Of a stretch of 64,000 nt of DNA, positions 1 to 12,604 are shown piece after piece. The number at the start of each line of letters is the position of its first letter. The first letter of the stretch is position 1. The notes under the pieces were generated by a model that saw only the letters and a list, made by a program, of their open reading frames with translations, did no database searches and was not told the origin of the DNA. The position numbers and the translations under genes were made by a program. Origin of the DNA: Andalucia godoyi And28 (taxonomy: Eukaryota > Protista > Jakobida); assembly GCA_009859145.1 (NCBI GenBank), contig VRVR01000005.1, forward strand, positions 88,745 through 152,744, in the 5' to 3' direction.

Positions 1-1610
1 TCGGCTGCCTCTTCGCTTACGGATGCAGTCCAGGGGCTGATCCGAGAACCGTATGGCTGTTTTGAACAAACCTCGACGGTCATGTATCCGATGATCATGG
101 CATTGTCGTACTTGAAATCGCACCCAGAGGTTGCAGAGAAATCGTCGAAGCTCTTCAGTGACGCTCTGCAACATATTTCCGCGGGTTACAAGAAACTTGT
201 TGGGTACGAGTCGCCGAGTGGAGGCTTTGAATGGTTTGGAGGGGATCCGGGGCATGAGGCTCTTACCGCGTACGGTCTTATGGAATTCATTGACTTGTCC
301 AAAGTCTGGGACGGTGTCGACATGAAAATGGTTTCTCGGACGTTTGATTGGCTGATGAAAAGACGGAACGGCAAGGGTGCGTTTGAACGGAACAGTCGAT
401 CTCTCGATAATTTTGGAGCCGCTCCAGAGTACACCACTCATGCGTACATCATGTGGTCCCTAGGGCATTTGCTGAAGGTGAAGTCTGAGGCATCCTCTGT
501 CATGTCGATTCAGTCCGCAGATTTTCAGATTGAGTTGCAAGAACTGAGGAAACACTGGTCGAATTCTGATGATTCGTATTTCGTAGCCCTCAGTGGATTG
601 ATCTATCTCCAGTACTTGCCGTCGGACACGGAATCCATTCGGAAGTTTTCTGATCTGCTCGTCTCTCGGCAGTCAAAAGACAGTGGTGCTATCGAAGGCG
701 GACGTGCAACCATTACGTCGAGTCGCGGGGAAAGCTTGCAAATCGAAACGAGTGCTCTGGCGGCATTGTTGTGGATCAATATGGTCAAAGAGAAAGTATC
801 GACCACCGTTCATGAGCCGCTCAACAATGTAATCAAGTTCCTCTATTCATCGAATGACCACGGCTCCTTCTCGTCAACGCAGGGAACTCTGCTGTCTCTC
901 AAAGCCATCGTCGAGTATGAAACGCTAGCAAAGCTTCGTATTCCTGAACCGGTATCGTTTGTTTTGTCTGTAGATGGGGATAGCACATTGATGAATCCCA
1001 TCATACTGTCAGCGGAGACGTTCGAAGAAATGAAGGGAAAGTCGTTGACGCTGGAACTCCCGCAGGCTGTGCTGCAGAGACTGGCATCTCCTGGTGCGCA
1101 TCGTGTCGCAATCCGTCCGAGTGGAGCCGTCAATCCAGACACCAAACTATCTGTTCCAGTGTCCATTGATATCGACTATCGTGCGGCGGTAGCCCGAATT
1201 TCCACAACGGAATGCCCAGTTTCGCTGAACGTAGCGATGTCCCACAATGCAGTGGAAGTCGGAAAGTCTGTCGCGGTTTCTGTAGAAATCGGGAACCGCA
1301 ATGCCTCCGAAGGCCAACCAATGACCATCGCAATCATTGGCATCCCGTTTGGCTCGTCCCACGATTCGACAAGCTGCGTGAGCTGAAGGACAGCGGACAG
1401 GTCGCATACTTTGAAACAACAATTCGGAATGAAGTGGTACTTTACTGGAGATTCATGGCTCCCGGCCAGGTGCGCAGAATCTCTTTCGACACGACTGCAG
1501 AGTACGTCGGCACATTTGCGGCGGTTCCGTCAAGAGCATATTTGTACTACTTCAAGGAAGCACAGTCCTGGCAATCCGGTCTTCACATCAATGTGAACCC
1601 GAAGGATTGA
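1..1610 (+). CDS. Alpha-2-macroglobulin-family thioester-containing protein (TEP), 5'-partial, with an apparent one-base frameshift near 1353
   Basis: Frame 1 is open from position 1 and reads LIREPYGCFEQTSTVMYPM, with the thioester motif GCxEQ at 55-69. It continues with the A2M thioester-domain motif GGFEWFGGDPGHEALTAYGLMEF and stops at 1386. The expected terminal domain (LVPRFDKLRELK...YFE...NEVVLYW...SRAYLYY) continues in the -1 frame to TGA at 1610. Confidence 0.85.
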
Positions 1611-1739
1611 GTTTTCAAAAGCTGTGTTTTGGTTTCCTTATTTTTTATGTGATTATGTTTTTTTGGTTTTGTTTTGTTTGTTTCTGTTTTTAAAAGAGCG
1701 GCACGACAGACGTCGAGATTCTGTTTCCACTTTTCGTAT

Positions 1740-4222
1740 TCATAAACGATCTGATGCTGCATCCGCTGCTGCTGTTGCTGAGACTGCATTTAGACGACGT
1801 AGCAGTTCTCCTCGGTATTCCGCTTCTATTTCGGCTTCACCAGCATCCAGAATGCTCAATGGCAAGCCAACCTGGCTTTCTGATAATGAAAGGGGCTTCA
1901 GGTCCATTTGCTGCTGTGGAGAATTACGAAGGGGAACAGGGGCCTCAGCAGTTGCTTGCTTGCCCTTGCGACTCCGCTCGCGATCCCGTTTTTCATATTC
2001 TTCCTTTTCCCACTGATCCAGTCTTTTCTTGTCTTCTTCGAACTTCTTCGCGGCGTTCTTCCTTTCTTCTGCCACAGCATCCTGTTGCTTCCGCTTGAGA
2101 GCCAGCAGATCCGTTTTCGGCGATGCGATCTTCACTATCCTCCTGGGAGAACGGGGAAGCTCCGGTTCTTCTTCGCTTTCTGTTTCGCCATCGTCGTCGT
2201 CCGACATTTGCGAATTACCGGTCCAACGAGGGTCCAGTCGCTGCTGTTGGCCTAGACCCAGCCTGGAGGCTTCATCATTCCAGGAGTGCCGCAATAGACG
2301 GTACTCATCTCGCATTTCTCCATGGAGCATCGAAGACAGACCGCGCAGCGTCTCGAGGATGCCTTCAATCTCCGCCTCTCTTTTCGGCCAAATGGACTCG
2401 CATTTCTTCTGCAGTCCGGTGATTCGCTCGCCATGAAAACTCAAATCTCTTGAATTGGACTGCAGATGATGCACCATGGGCTTGACTTGCATCACCCTTT
2501 GGCAAGAAATATACATTTCCTGGGCAGCACTCCGCAGCGTTTTCCAGTTGACACCTTGCTGAACATCGACCACCGCAAACGTAAGATCCGCGGGAGCTTT
2601 GGCTGCAAACACATGCTTCCATTCAATGATTCGCAGAGGCCCGGCAGAACCGGGCTCGATAATCGCATGAACCGAAGCGTCCCGCGGTACCGGGCCGAAC
2701 GTGTTGCACCACATTCTAAATCGAGGAGCCGCTGCGGGAGAAACGGGGAACGTTCCATCTCCACTTGCCTCCCAGTGATCCATATCCTTCACGGATCTTT
2801 CGAGCTCTTCCAATGGGCCTCCATGTTCTCTCTTTCCCACGCGCTGCAACATCACAATCTGGTTCACTCCGCAAGCGATGGAGTCTGCTTTGATCCCCGG
2901 AACAAGTGATGGAACACACGCACCAGCCATATCAGACTCAACTTTTGCAGGATCTTGGTCTCCTAGAAGCGGTGATGACGATGATTTTTCCCGGTCCGAT
3001 TTTTGATCTTCTCCAGCCGGAGACACGGACCCCAAAGAAGCATCAGAAGGATGGTGATCATCAAATAGCGTAAGTTTTGCAGTCATCTTCAGCGGTTCGT
3101 ATTTTGGAGCTTCTGCGCCAAGTGTGACATTCATTCCCCAAAAGTACAAACTGCCATCTTCCATTCGCAGCGCAGAGTGGTTACCGCCTGCATAGATCGA
3201 ATGCACGGCACACAAGCACTCGTTTTCCATCCTGGAAACATCGACAGCCTCAAACGATGCGCGTTCGTCTGTGTCGCCGAGCCCAAGTTGGCCATAGGTT
3301 GAGCACCCAGCAGCATGCACTTCGCACAAGTCTGTAAGAATCAGCGTATGAAACGCGCCAGCTGCAACCTGGATTACCTTTCCACGAAGCGAGGCAACTG
3401 CTTTTGGCCGGTCCACGTGCTCGAATTCACCGTGTCCAAGCTGGCCCCAGCCTCCGTATCCCCAGCTGTAAAGAACACCGGACTCGTCCACCGCAAGAGA
3501 GTGATGCGCACCACAGCAAATGGCGACGATGCGTATCCGCTCAAGGCCCCCAACTGGAGCCACCCAGAACGGATCCGTTGTCTCGCGTCCGAGCTGTCCA
3601 TACTCGTTGGACGATCCAAACGACAAGACCTCTCCAGACGCTGAAATCAATCAATTCATTAATCAATTCATTAATCAATCATTAGACAAATAAGTACACG
3701 GTGTCAACTTCAAATATGTACAGAACGCACCAAAGGATCGACCCATGGATGGGCGTACCATCGTGTGTGCGTCACAAAGTGCAAGGCCGGCGGAGAATTG
3801 GAGGAAAATAACGGGTGGAAATCATACTTGTAAGGACCAAAGAATGATCGAATCCGGATGAAATGTACGAAACGCGATTCGCAAGCTCGGTGGCATGATG
3901 CCAGGATTCTGAATCATACGACTTGTAATACAGATTGTGATCCGCTAAGTTTAAAAATGAAAGAAATCGCACACAATCAGGGTTAACCAAGTGAGCAATT
4001 GAGCAAGCGAGCAAGCGAAGAAGACATCCAGAATTCGATAGGCGCACAGCACCGCAAAATGTAACAAATGATGATGTGGAAATGGATGAACATACAAGTC
4101 ACTGCGAAGACCGCATTGTTTGTCGAGGAAACTTGGATTATGGACAAAAGAGACGATATTGGTGGCAATGATGAGTAATGCTTTGGATCTGCAAAACAAA
4201 TCACTCTTTCTTCAATAGGCAT
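1740..4222 (-). CDS. RCC1-repeat protein with a C-terminal coiled-coil/low-complexity region; 3 exons (4096-4222, 3828-3944, 1740-3640)
   Basis: Multiple RCC1 repeats (ISSGFDHSLVLT, GSSNEYGQLG, ICCGAHHSLAV, GYGGWGQLG, AAGAFHTLIL, AGGNHS). Introns 3945-4095 (GTATGT..TTAG) and 3641-3827 (GTATGA..TCAG) join the three segments in frame. The start ATG at 4222 is tentative. Confidence 0.85.
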
Positions 4223-4610
4223 TCTTCTACCTTGCTTTGATCTTTCCTGGTTCCCGAGACTGTGTCTACATGCACTTGTGTATCCATATGATTTTGACAA
4301 ACTTTGACTGCGTTGTTGTTCGTATTTCGGCCTTTTGGAGTTTGAGGCAGAGAACGATGCGGCGGGGAAATCCCAAATTGGGCTGGATCGGAGGTTTTTA
4401 TTTTTCAAATTAATGCTGCTTCTTTCTTCGAGGAAATGATGTTGGTTACAGCAGGAAACAAAAACAGGCAGATCACAGATGCACCAATGCTTCCGGGAAG
4501 ACGAGGCTGAGTTGGTGTGCTCAATGAAAAAGTGGTTCGGCAGAGTGCTTTTTTCTTAATTTAATTATTGGGAGAAGGGGGGATGGGAGAAGGGGGGAAG
4601 ATGGTTGGGA

Positions 4611-6023
4611 TTACTGAACAAGATATTTTCCATTTTGTTTTGCAACGATATGAAGAGGAACAGAAGCACCGTTTTTGAGAGCTTCATCGAGCGCGAGAGC
4701 AATGAGCTTCTGTTCTTGTGGATTGTCAACGATGCCTTCGCCGTACGCAGAAACTAGAGGAGATACTTCGACATCGATGTCCGTGGCGCACCACTTCTTA
4801 TGCAGATTAAGGACAAGTCTTTTTGCGGTATCCGGAGTATCATTGTCTGCGCCTCTCTTGTTTTTCACTGGCGCAAACTCTTCTGCTCGGCTCACCTCAA
4901 ACAGCCGAGGAGTGTTTGCGTACGGGAAGACATCAAAGATGAACGCTTCCAGCTTGATTCCCTCAACTTTTCCATCCACAGAGTCGATCTGCTTGACGGC
5001 CACGTGGTATCGCACATCGGAACCCTTCATCAGGGAAATTGCACGCTCCATGAAGGGTACCGAGAAGTAGTGAACAGCAATGTTGCCGTGACCAAAGTTT
5101 GGAGAGTGGGCCTTATCGGCTGGAAGCTCCGAATACTCCACTGTGTGCAGTTTTCCATCCAATTCTGCAAACATTCCAACACGTTCACCAGGATAGGCCT
5201 TTGCTACCATCTTTGCCGCACAGTCCGAGTTTGACTCGATGCAGAACCCTGCAAACAATGGATCCGCCATTCGAATCTGCACATTGTCGACAGAATAGAT
5301 GATTGCGCCAAGCAGTCCGCGACGCTTCATGTCGTCCATTATTCCTTCTTTTTCCAGAGCAGGAAAGATTCCTCCGTTTCCGTTCGGTGCAACCTGGACG
5401 TGTCCTTTGGACGCCATGATAATCTTCCCGTCCTTTGTGAAAGCGGGAAGCGAACCTTGCATGAAGAACAACACGTTCTTTTCATCAAGACCAAAAAAGT
5501 TCTTTTCACGGAAAAAGTTCACAGTGTCAGAGTGCGTGAACTGAGAAGTCATGATGTACCACGGGATCGGGTTGTTCGACTTGGACTGCATTTTCAAGAT
5601 TCGCTCTGCATGCAGTTGGAACAGGGATTTGCGAGACGGAAGCTCGACATCAAACATTCCTTTTGGAAGATTGAACCCAAGGCGGGTTCCTTGGCCTCCC
5701 GCAAGCAAGATCATGCCGATTTTGCCATTCTCGACCGCAGAAAGACCACTTCGAAGCCACTTTTCACGATCAGCATTGGACGACTTCGACGGAATCGATG
5801 ATGCAAACCAGGACGAAGGGCACGGCCCAAGTTTTTCAAAGTTGAACTGCGCAGACTCTTCTTGCGACTGCTTGTAAAGACGCGAAAGATCTGACAGATC
5901 AATCAAAGACAGCTCAGATAACAAGTCATTCTGCTCGGTTTTCGACAAGGAATCCCAATGCGCAAAGACATGCTCTTGGTTGGCAGCTGCAAACTTTGCA
6001 CGGATTTCAGATTCCATTACCAT
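4611..6023 (-). CDS. UAP1: UDP-N-acetylglucosamine pyrophosphorylase
   Basis: Motifs LLAGGQGTRLGFNLPKG, PNGNGG, VDN, KLEAFIFDVF and EEFAPVKN; 470 aa, no introns. Confidence 0.95.
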   Translation of the reverse strand: MVMESEIRAKFAAANQEHVFAHWDSLSKTEQNDLLSELSLIDLSDLSRLYKQSQEESAQFNFEKLGPCPSSWFASSIPSKSSNADREKWLRSGLSAVENGKIGMILLAGGQGTRLGFNLPKGMFDVELPSRKSLFQLHAERILKMQSKSNNPIPWYIMTSQFTHSDTVNFFREKNFFGLDEKNVLFFMQGSLPAFTKDGKIIMASKGHVQVAPNGNGGIFPALEKEGIMDDMKRRGLLGAIIYSVDNVQIRMADPLFAGFCIESNSDCAAKMVAKAYPGERVGMFAELDGKLHTVEYSELPADKAHSPNFGHGNIAVHYFSVPFMERAISLMKGSDVRYHVAVKQIDSVDGKVEGIKLEAFIFDVFPYANTPRLFEVSRAEEFAPVKNKRGADNDTPDTAKRLVLNLHKKWCATDIDVEVSPLVSAYGEGIVDNPQEQKLIALALDEALKNGASVPLHIVAKQNGKYLVQ

Positions 6024-6423
6024 TCCTTTCTATTTTTCTGTTTTGAAGGAGGGGGGGAGGGGCAAGTGTTTGCTTCAAAAAAACGAGTATCGCTGGACAA
6101 CAAACGTTCACTTGAATCTCTCAAACTCTCAGATTTCTCATACAAAAGAGAAACGAAATGAAACGAAAGAGGAAACAAAAGAGGAAACAAAAGAAGACGA
6201 CGGAATGAAAAGGCAGCGATTTGTTTGGATCGTTATAAAATATAAAATATAATTAATAAGAAAGAGTGGAGGACGTGCAAGTTGAGTACCGCCAGGTCGA
6301 ACTTGAAGTCGGCCAAAAGAGGAAGAAAGAAAAAAGACCCGACATGAATGACATGAATGACATGACATGACATGGAAGAAGTCAAAAAGAGAAAAAGGGA
6401 GTCGCTTAACAAAGGACTCATTA

Positions 6424-6512
6424 GATCAGTCGGACAATTACAGAGGGGGACTCTAGGGTTGTACTCGTAACCCTGGATCTCAATGCACTGAGGGCTTTTT
6501 CGGATCATCATC
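6424..6512 (-). ncRNA. Candidate small structured RNA (box C/D-like)
   Basis: On the minus strand, ATGATGA (6505-6511) and CTGA (6426-6429) lie about 80 nt apart with internal hairpins (AGGGTT..AACCCT; CTCA..TGAG). No convincing terminal stem or target was found. Confidence 0.2.
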
Positions 6513-6608
6513 GTCATTCATCATCATTCAGATTCACGTGTTTTTCTCTTGATTTCGTGTCATTTTTCTTGGAGAGATCTTTCCTTGGCATATTCCTGGT
6601 TGCGCGAA

Positions 6609-7239
6609 ATGGTATGTACTCGTTTCTGCTCTAGAAAGGGGAACGGGAAGCGGGGGGTGGTGTTCAGACGGAAACTGGCGAATGGGAGGGAAGTCGTAGA
6701 AGGATGAAGGGGGGGTGGTGGTTCTTCATGGCTTGGACTGGTTGTCGTCGCCTGTGTTGAACGAATGTGAATTTCATGTTTGATAAACGCGAATCTGTCC
6801 TCCTTCTTCGTCATCGTCGTCGTCTTTGGTCCTCTCTTTGCTTTTTTTCCGTCAGTTGGTCCCCATTTCTGTTTCTCTTTTCCTTTTCCTTTTCCTTTTC
6901 CTTTTCCTTTCTTCTTCTTGTCATTTGTTTTGTTTTCTTCCTTTTGTGGAAATATCTTCCGTACTAATCATGGTTTCTTTGTCACAGACCTACCTTGACT
7001 CTGATCTCCGCTTCCCGTCGTCGACTGCTGAAGGCCGCAAGCACAAGCTGAAGCGCCTGGTCCAGTCGCCGAACTCCTTCTTCATGGACGTTAAGTGCCC
7101 TGGATGCCTCGCCATTACCACTGTCTTCTCGCATGCACAGACCGTTGTCCTCTGCGGCAACTGCCAGACTGTTCTCTGCCGACCCACCGGTGGCAAGTGC
7201 CGTCTGACTGAGGGATGCTCCTTCCGCCGAAAGAATTAA
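6609..7239 (+). CDS. RPS27: 40S ribosomal protein S27 (eS27); exon 1 is ATG only (6609-6611), intron 6612-6987, exon 2 6988-7239
   Basis: [24 protein letters not shown]...CGNC...[16 protein letters not shown]. Upstream aaATG|GTATGT donor, branch-like TACTAAT at 6962-6968 and CACAG acceptor at 6987 give the N-terminus MTYLDSDL. Confidence 0.95.
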
Positions 7240-7552
7240 ACTTGAGTAAGCTAGAAACAGATTGTTATGGGCGGATGCGATTGTGGACGATTGCTGCATT
7301 GGGAATGAATTGTTTGCTGGTTGACGTAAAAGTCTCAATCGTGTCTCTTGAAATCCATCTCCATTGTCCTGTTTATTTCTCTCTGATTCGTTGCCGATTG
7401 CTTTTCTCTTTGTACACTCTTGGGCATTTCGATTGCTCGATGCGATAAAAAGAACCTCCTTGAATGGCGTTGTGTACGTCTTTTTATGTACAAGAATGAA
7501 AAACATCGTGTCATTTTTCACGCGCTAACATTTCCCTGAAGCCCGTTTGGAA

Positions 7553-8638
7553 CTAGGACGTAGAAGCACTGTTGGCGCTGGCGCTGGCGTTGGCGTTGGC
7601 ACTGGCACTGGCAATGGCACCAATCCGATACTCGTCTTTTAGTCTCCAGCAGCCGTTGTCGGCGCCCGAAGCCTTGAGTTGCGTGGCGATCTCAACGAGC
7701 TGCGGTCGGATTGCTCCCGCTGTGGACTCGGTAAGGCTCATGAGCTCTGTCATGCGGTACAGCTCCTTTTTCCGGAACAAGTCAAACAGCTGCCCGCGAA
7801 GATCTTGATACTCCTGTGCAGTCCTAACGTTTCCAACCCGAGCCTGCGCCTCCTTCTTCTGCGCCAACCTGCGCTCGCCAGTCAGGCCAGCGACGATGGA
7901 GGCAACGTTATCAAGGTGTCCTGAAGTGTGGACTTCCTGAATGTATCTCGCGGTGTCATGCAACCTGGTTTCCGCGCGTTTCGGAAGCAGCTTTGCATTC
8001 TCTGTGGCAACATGTTTTGCAAAGTCCTCGGTCATGCGGGCCCGAGCAACGTATCGGTGTTGGATGCTACCGACAACCTTTGATTTGACCGTCCCTTCAA
8101 CAGGCGGAAGAAGCACGTACATTTCTGTCGTGGAAGCTTGCTCAATGACATCGGACGTGCGAGGGACTCCAGGAAATCCTGGAACGACCATGTGGACTTC
8201 ACGAATGTCCTTCAGCTCGGTTCCCAGCATGTCTGAACGCAACACCCGTCTCTTTACATTTCTGAACCGAATGCGACCAAGCTCAATCGCAGACGTGGAG
8301 CCAGAAAAGAGCTCGTCGTCCAGTTTCGCAGATGCCTCCTCGAGCTTGGTCCGCCAGGCAGAGTAGAGAGAAGGCGGCAACTTCATGCTCCACAGAGCTT
8401 TTTTCCCACCAGTCTCTAGAACAGAGCGCTTATACTCACCATACTGCGTTCGAAACCGCTTGATTCCATCCGGCAGGTTTCCAGTCGACTCTTCGCCCTC
8501 CATCGGATTCATAAACACCACCGTTCTAGAAGACGACCCTGACCCTGACCCTGACCCTGATGCCGATGCCGATGCCGATGCCGATGCCGATGCTTGGCGC
8601 AGAGGATGTGCATTGGACGGTTCATCATCTTTTTCCAT
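7553..8638 (-). CDS. GTF2F2: Transcription initiation factor TFIIF beta subunit (RAP30/Tfg2)-like
   Basis: N-terminal LWSMKLPPSLYSAW, central VVGSIQHR, and a C-terminal winged-helix-like segment LFDLFRKKELYRMTEL...LVEIA...G..NGCWRLKDEYR. First ATG at 8638. Ala-Ser and Gly-Ser hexamer repeats near both ends. Confidence 0.65.
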   Translation of the reverse strand: MEKDDEPSNAHPLRQASASASASASASGSGSGSGSSSRTVVFMNPMEGEESTGNLPDGIKRFRTQYGEYKRSVLETGGKKALWSMKLPPSLYSAWRTKLEEASAKLDDELFSGSTSAIELGRIRFRNVKRRVLRSDMLGTELKDIREVHMVVPGFPGVPRTSDVIEQASTTEMYVLLPPVEGTVKSKVVGSIQHRYVARARMTEDFAKHVATENAKLLPKRAETRLHDTARYIQEVHTSGHLDNVASIVAGLTGERRLAQKKEAQARVGNVRTAQEYQDLRGQLFDLFRKKELYRMTELMSLTESTAGAIRPQLVEIATQLKASGADNGCWRLKDEYRIGAIASASANANASASANSASTS

Positions 8639-9003
8639 TTTGCATATCCCTCCGAGTTCACAGTTCAGATCGGAGGGCAACCTTTTTTTTGAATAATGCA
8701 AAACAGAAAAAGAGGCGCAAAAACAGAAACAAAATAAAAGAAAGGGAAAGGGAAAAGGAAAGAGAGAAAAAAGAAAAAGAAATGGGAATTTGAAAACAAT
8801 TTAAATCAAGTCTTTCCTTTCCTTTTCTTTTCTTTTAATTGCTGGAGTGGACGACAGAACATACAATGATACGAAGCTCCCAATCCACCAGGAACTCCGA
8901 TCAATAAAAACATCCAATATTCTTCATGCGCAGATCAAACTCGTCGCCATTCTGGCACGAGAAGTAAAGACCACTGCGCATCCTTGTCCTCTTTTTTTTT
9001 TTT

Positions 9004-10491
<1,488 letters not shown>

Positions 10492-11125
10492 TTATTTTTT
10501 TTCTTTTCCTCTATTGCTCTTGAGACGGGAAAGAGGCTGGAAAAAAAAAATTATAAAAAACAAAAAGTAAAAAACAAGAATTAAAAATATATTGATATAT
10601 ATTGATAAAAAACAATATGTGCGCAGTGCGAGTAAAAGGAGGGGGGGAAAAGGGGAGGGAAGACCAACACGAAAGCAGAGAAGAGCGAAGACACGCATTC
10701 TGCAGCTCAGAAGGGAAAACTCTTTTTTTCCTCAAGCAAGCGACACCCCAGAGCTCAGGGTCCCCCTTCTCGAAAAAAAGCGCGTTTTCGGATGCAGATG
10801 CTTTATTGCATCACTTGATGCTCGAGCGGTTCCTTTTTTTTCCTCTTTCATTCTCTCACTCGTTTGTCATTACTTTTTCTTTTTGTTTTTCTGTTTTCCA
10901 GTAGTGCACTGGGAGCGTTTGATCGTTTTCTCTGGTTTTCTCACCCAAACCAAACGTTATTTAATTTTTTTGGCTTGGCATTTTTTTTTAAACCAGTTAT
11001 TTATTCTGCGGAGTTAGTAATTAGTATTACTGCTTGTATTTTATTATTGTTTTTGTTTTTGTTTTTGTTTTTTTTGGTGTGGTGGGGGAAAAAAGGTATC
11101 AAAGATTGAAGAAAAACTGCGGGTA

Positions 11126-12604
11126 ATGTCAGCGCCTCAATTTCATCCGCAAAGCATTCTTGATCGAATGCGAGATCTTCGTATGGATTTTTCTGCTTGT
11201 TGTTCTTTTGGATGTCAATCGCGAGTGGCGTGCATTGAGGGTTTCCAGCTTTAGACTGATCCTTTTTCTTTTTCTTTTGTTCTTGCTTTTGCTTTTGATT
11301 TTTGATTTTGATTCGGCTTCCCAGGACACGATGGCAGCACTTCGGCTCGTCACAGCTCTGCTTATTCCGGCTCTGGACCGAATCCTCTGTCTTCGCTGCT
11401 GCTGACAAATACTCCGCGAACAAGCACCATGAATTCCTCAACTCCACAGCAATCTTCACAGCCTTTTTCTTCGTATTCGTCTCAAGCCCAGCACCATAAT
11501 AACCAAACTCAAAGCTATCTTCACCATCAGCAGCAACAGCAACCATCTCTGTCGTTTCCTGCTACTGGAGAGCCTCACAAGGCTTACAGTCTACAGAATC
11601 AGTCGAACACTGGCAATGGAAATAACAATCTGCAGCAGTATCGGAATGACGAGTTTGCAAGCCCCTCGGAATTGCGAATTGATGTGCGCTCTGCGACAAA
11701 CGGAGAGCTAAAAGAAGAGCTGGTCAAGGTGAGGAGAGAATACGAAGAGTTGGTGAATCGGCTGCTTCGAATTGAACAAGAGTTTAGGGAGACGCAGGAG
11801 CAAAAGTATCAGTTGGTGATCAAGGTGGAAAAGCTTTCGGGAGAGAACAAGGAGCTTAAGCGGTACTCAGGAGAGCTGCTCGAGCAGCGTAATGAGCTGT
11901 TGCGAAAGATGAATGAAGAGCAGGCATCAAAAATTGCTGAAGGAAAGAACCACCAGAACATGTTCCAGGATATGGAAGCCACAATAAGGAATTTAACTGA
12001 GCAGAATAACGCTCTGGTCGAATCGCTGTCGACGTTCCCTCGCTCGGCAGGTGGTGCCGCAGATCCTGGTCACTTGGCTTCGCGATTCAAGGTTTCCCTG
12101 TCGGATTCCACCGGTGAACATGCGGCGTCTCCGGATGCAAAGCCCTATGGATCCGGTAAGCTGATGGAGCTGCATGAATGGCTCACCTCCAAGGAAATCT
12201 TGCCCAAGAAGCAGGATGTCAAGCCGCTGGCGTCCAGTGTATTTCGGTTGTCGGATTTTGAGTCGCCGCAGAGAGAACCGAACCCGAATCATTCGCATCG
12301 AAAGGGGTCGACTTCCGCCACCGCCTTGAATGGAAATGAGTCCAATGCACAAATACCACTGGCCTCCACAGCCGCATCGTCGTCGTCTGGAGGCGGCAAG
12401 AACAAGACAGCGCCGAAAAGGCGGCCCGCCTCGGCGACTGCGAATGCAGCATCGACCGTCACTGCGGATCGAAGAGAAATTGGAACGTTGAGATTGGGTT
12501 CCACCAAAGATGCCGGAAGCCTCGATAAGAAGAGAAACGTCCCTCTGCTCAAGATTGATTTGGCTTCGGACATCCCGTTTGACCATTCGCCACCCAGGCT
12601 TTAG
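11126..12604 (+). CDS. Hypothetical coiled-coil protein; 2 exons (11126-11180, 11325-12604)
   Basis: 391-aa ORF with a long heptad region (ELVKVRREYEEL...LTEQNNALVESL). An upstream exon MSAPQFHPQSILDRMRDL with GTATGG donor at 11181 and CCCAG acceptor at 11324 joins in frame. Confidence 0.7.
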
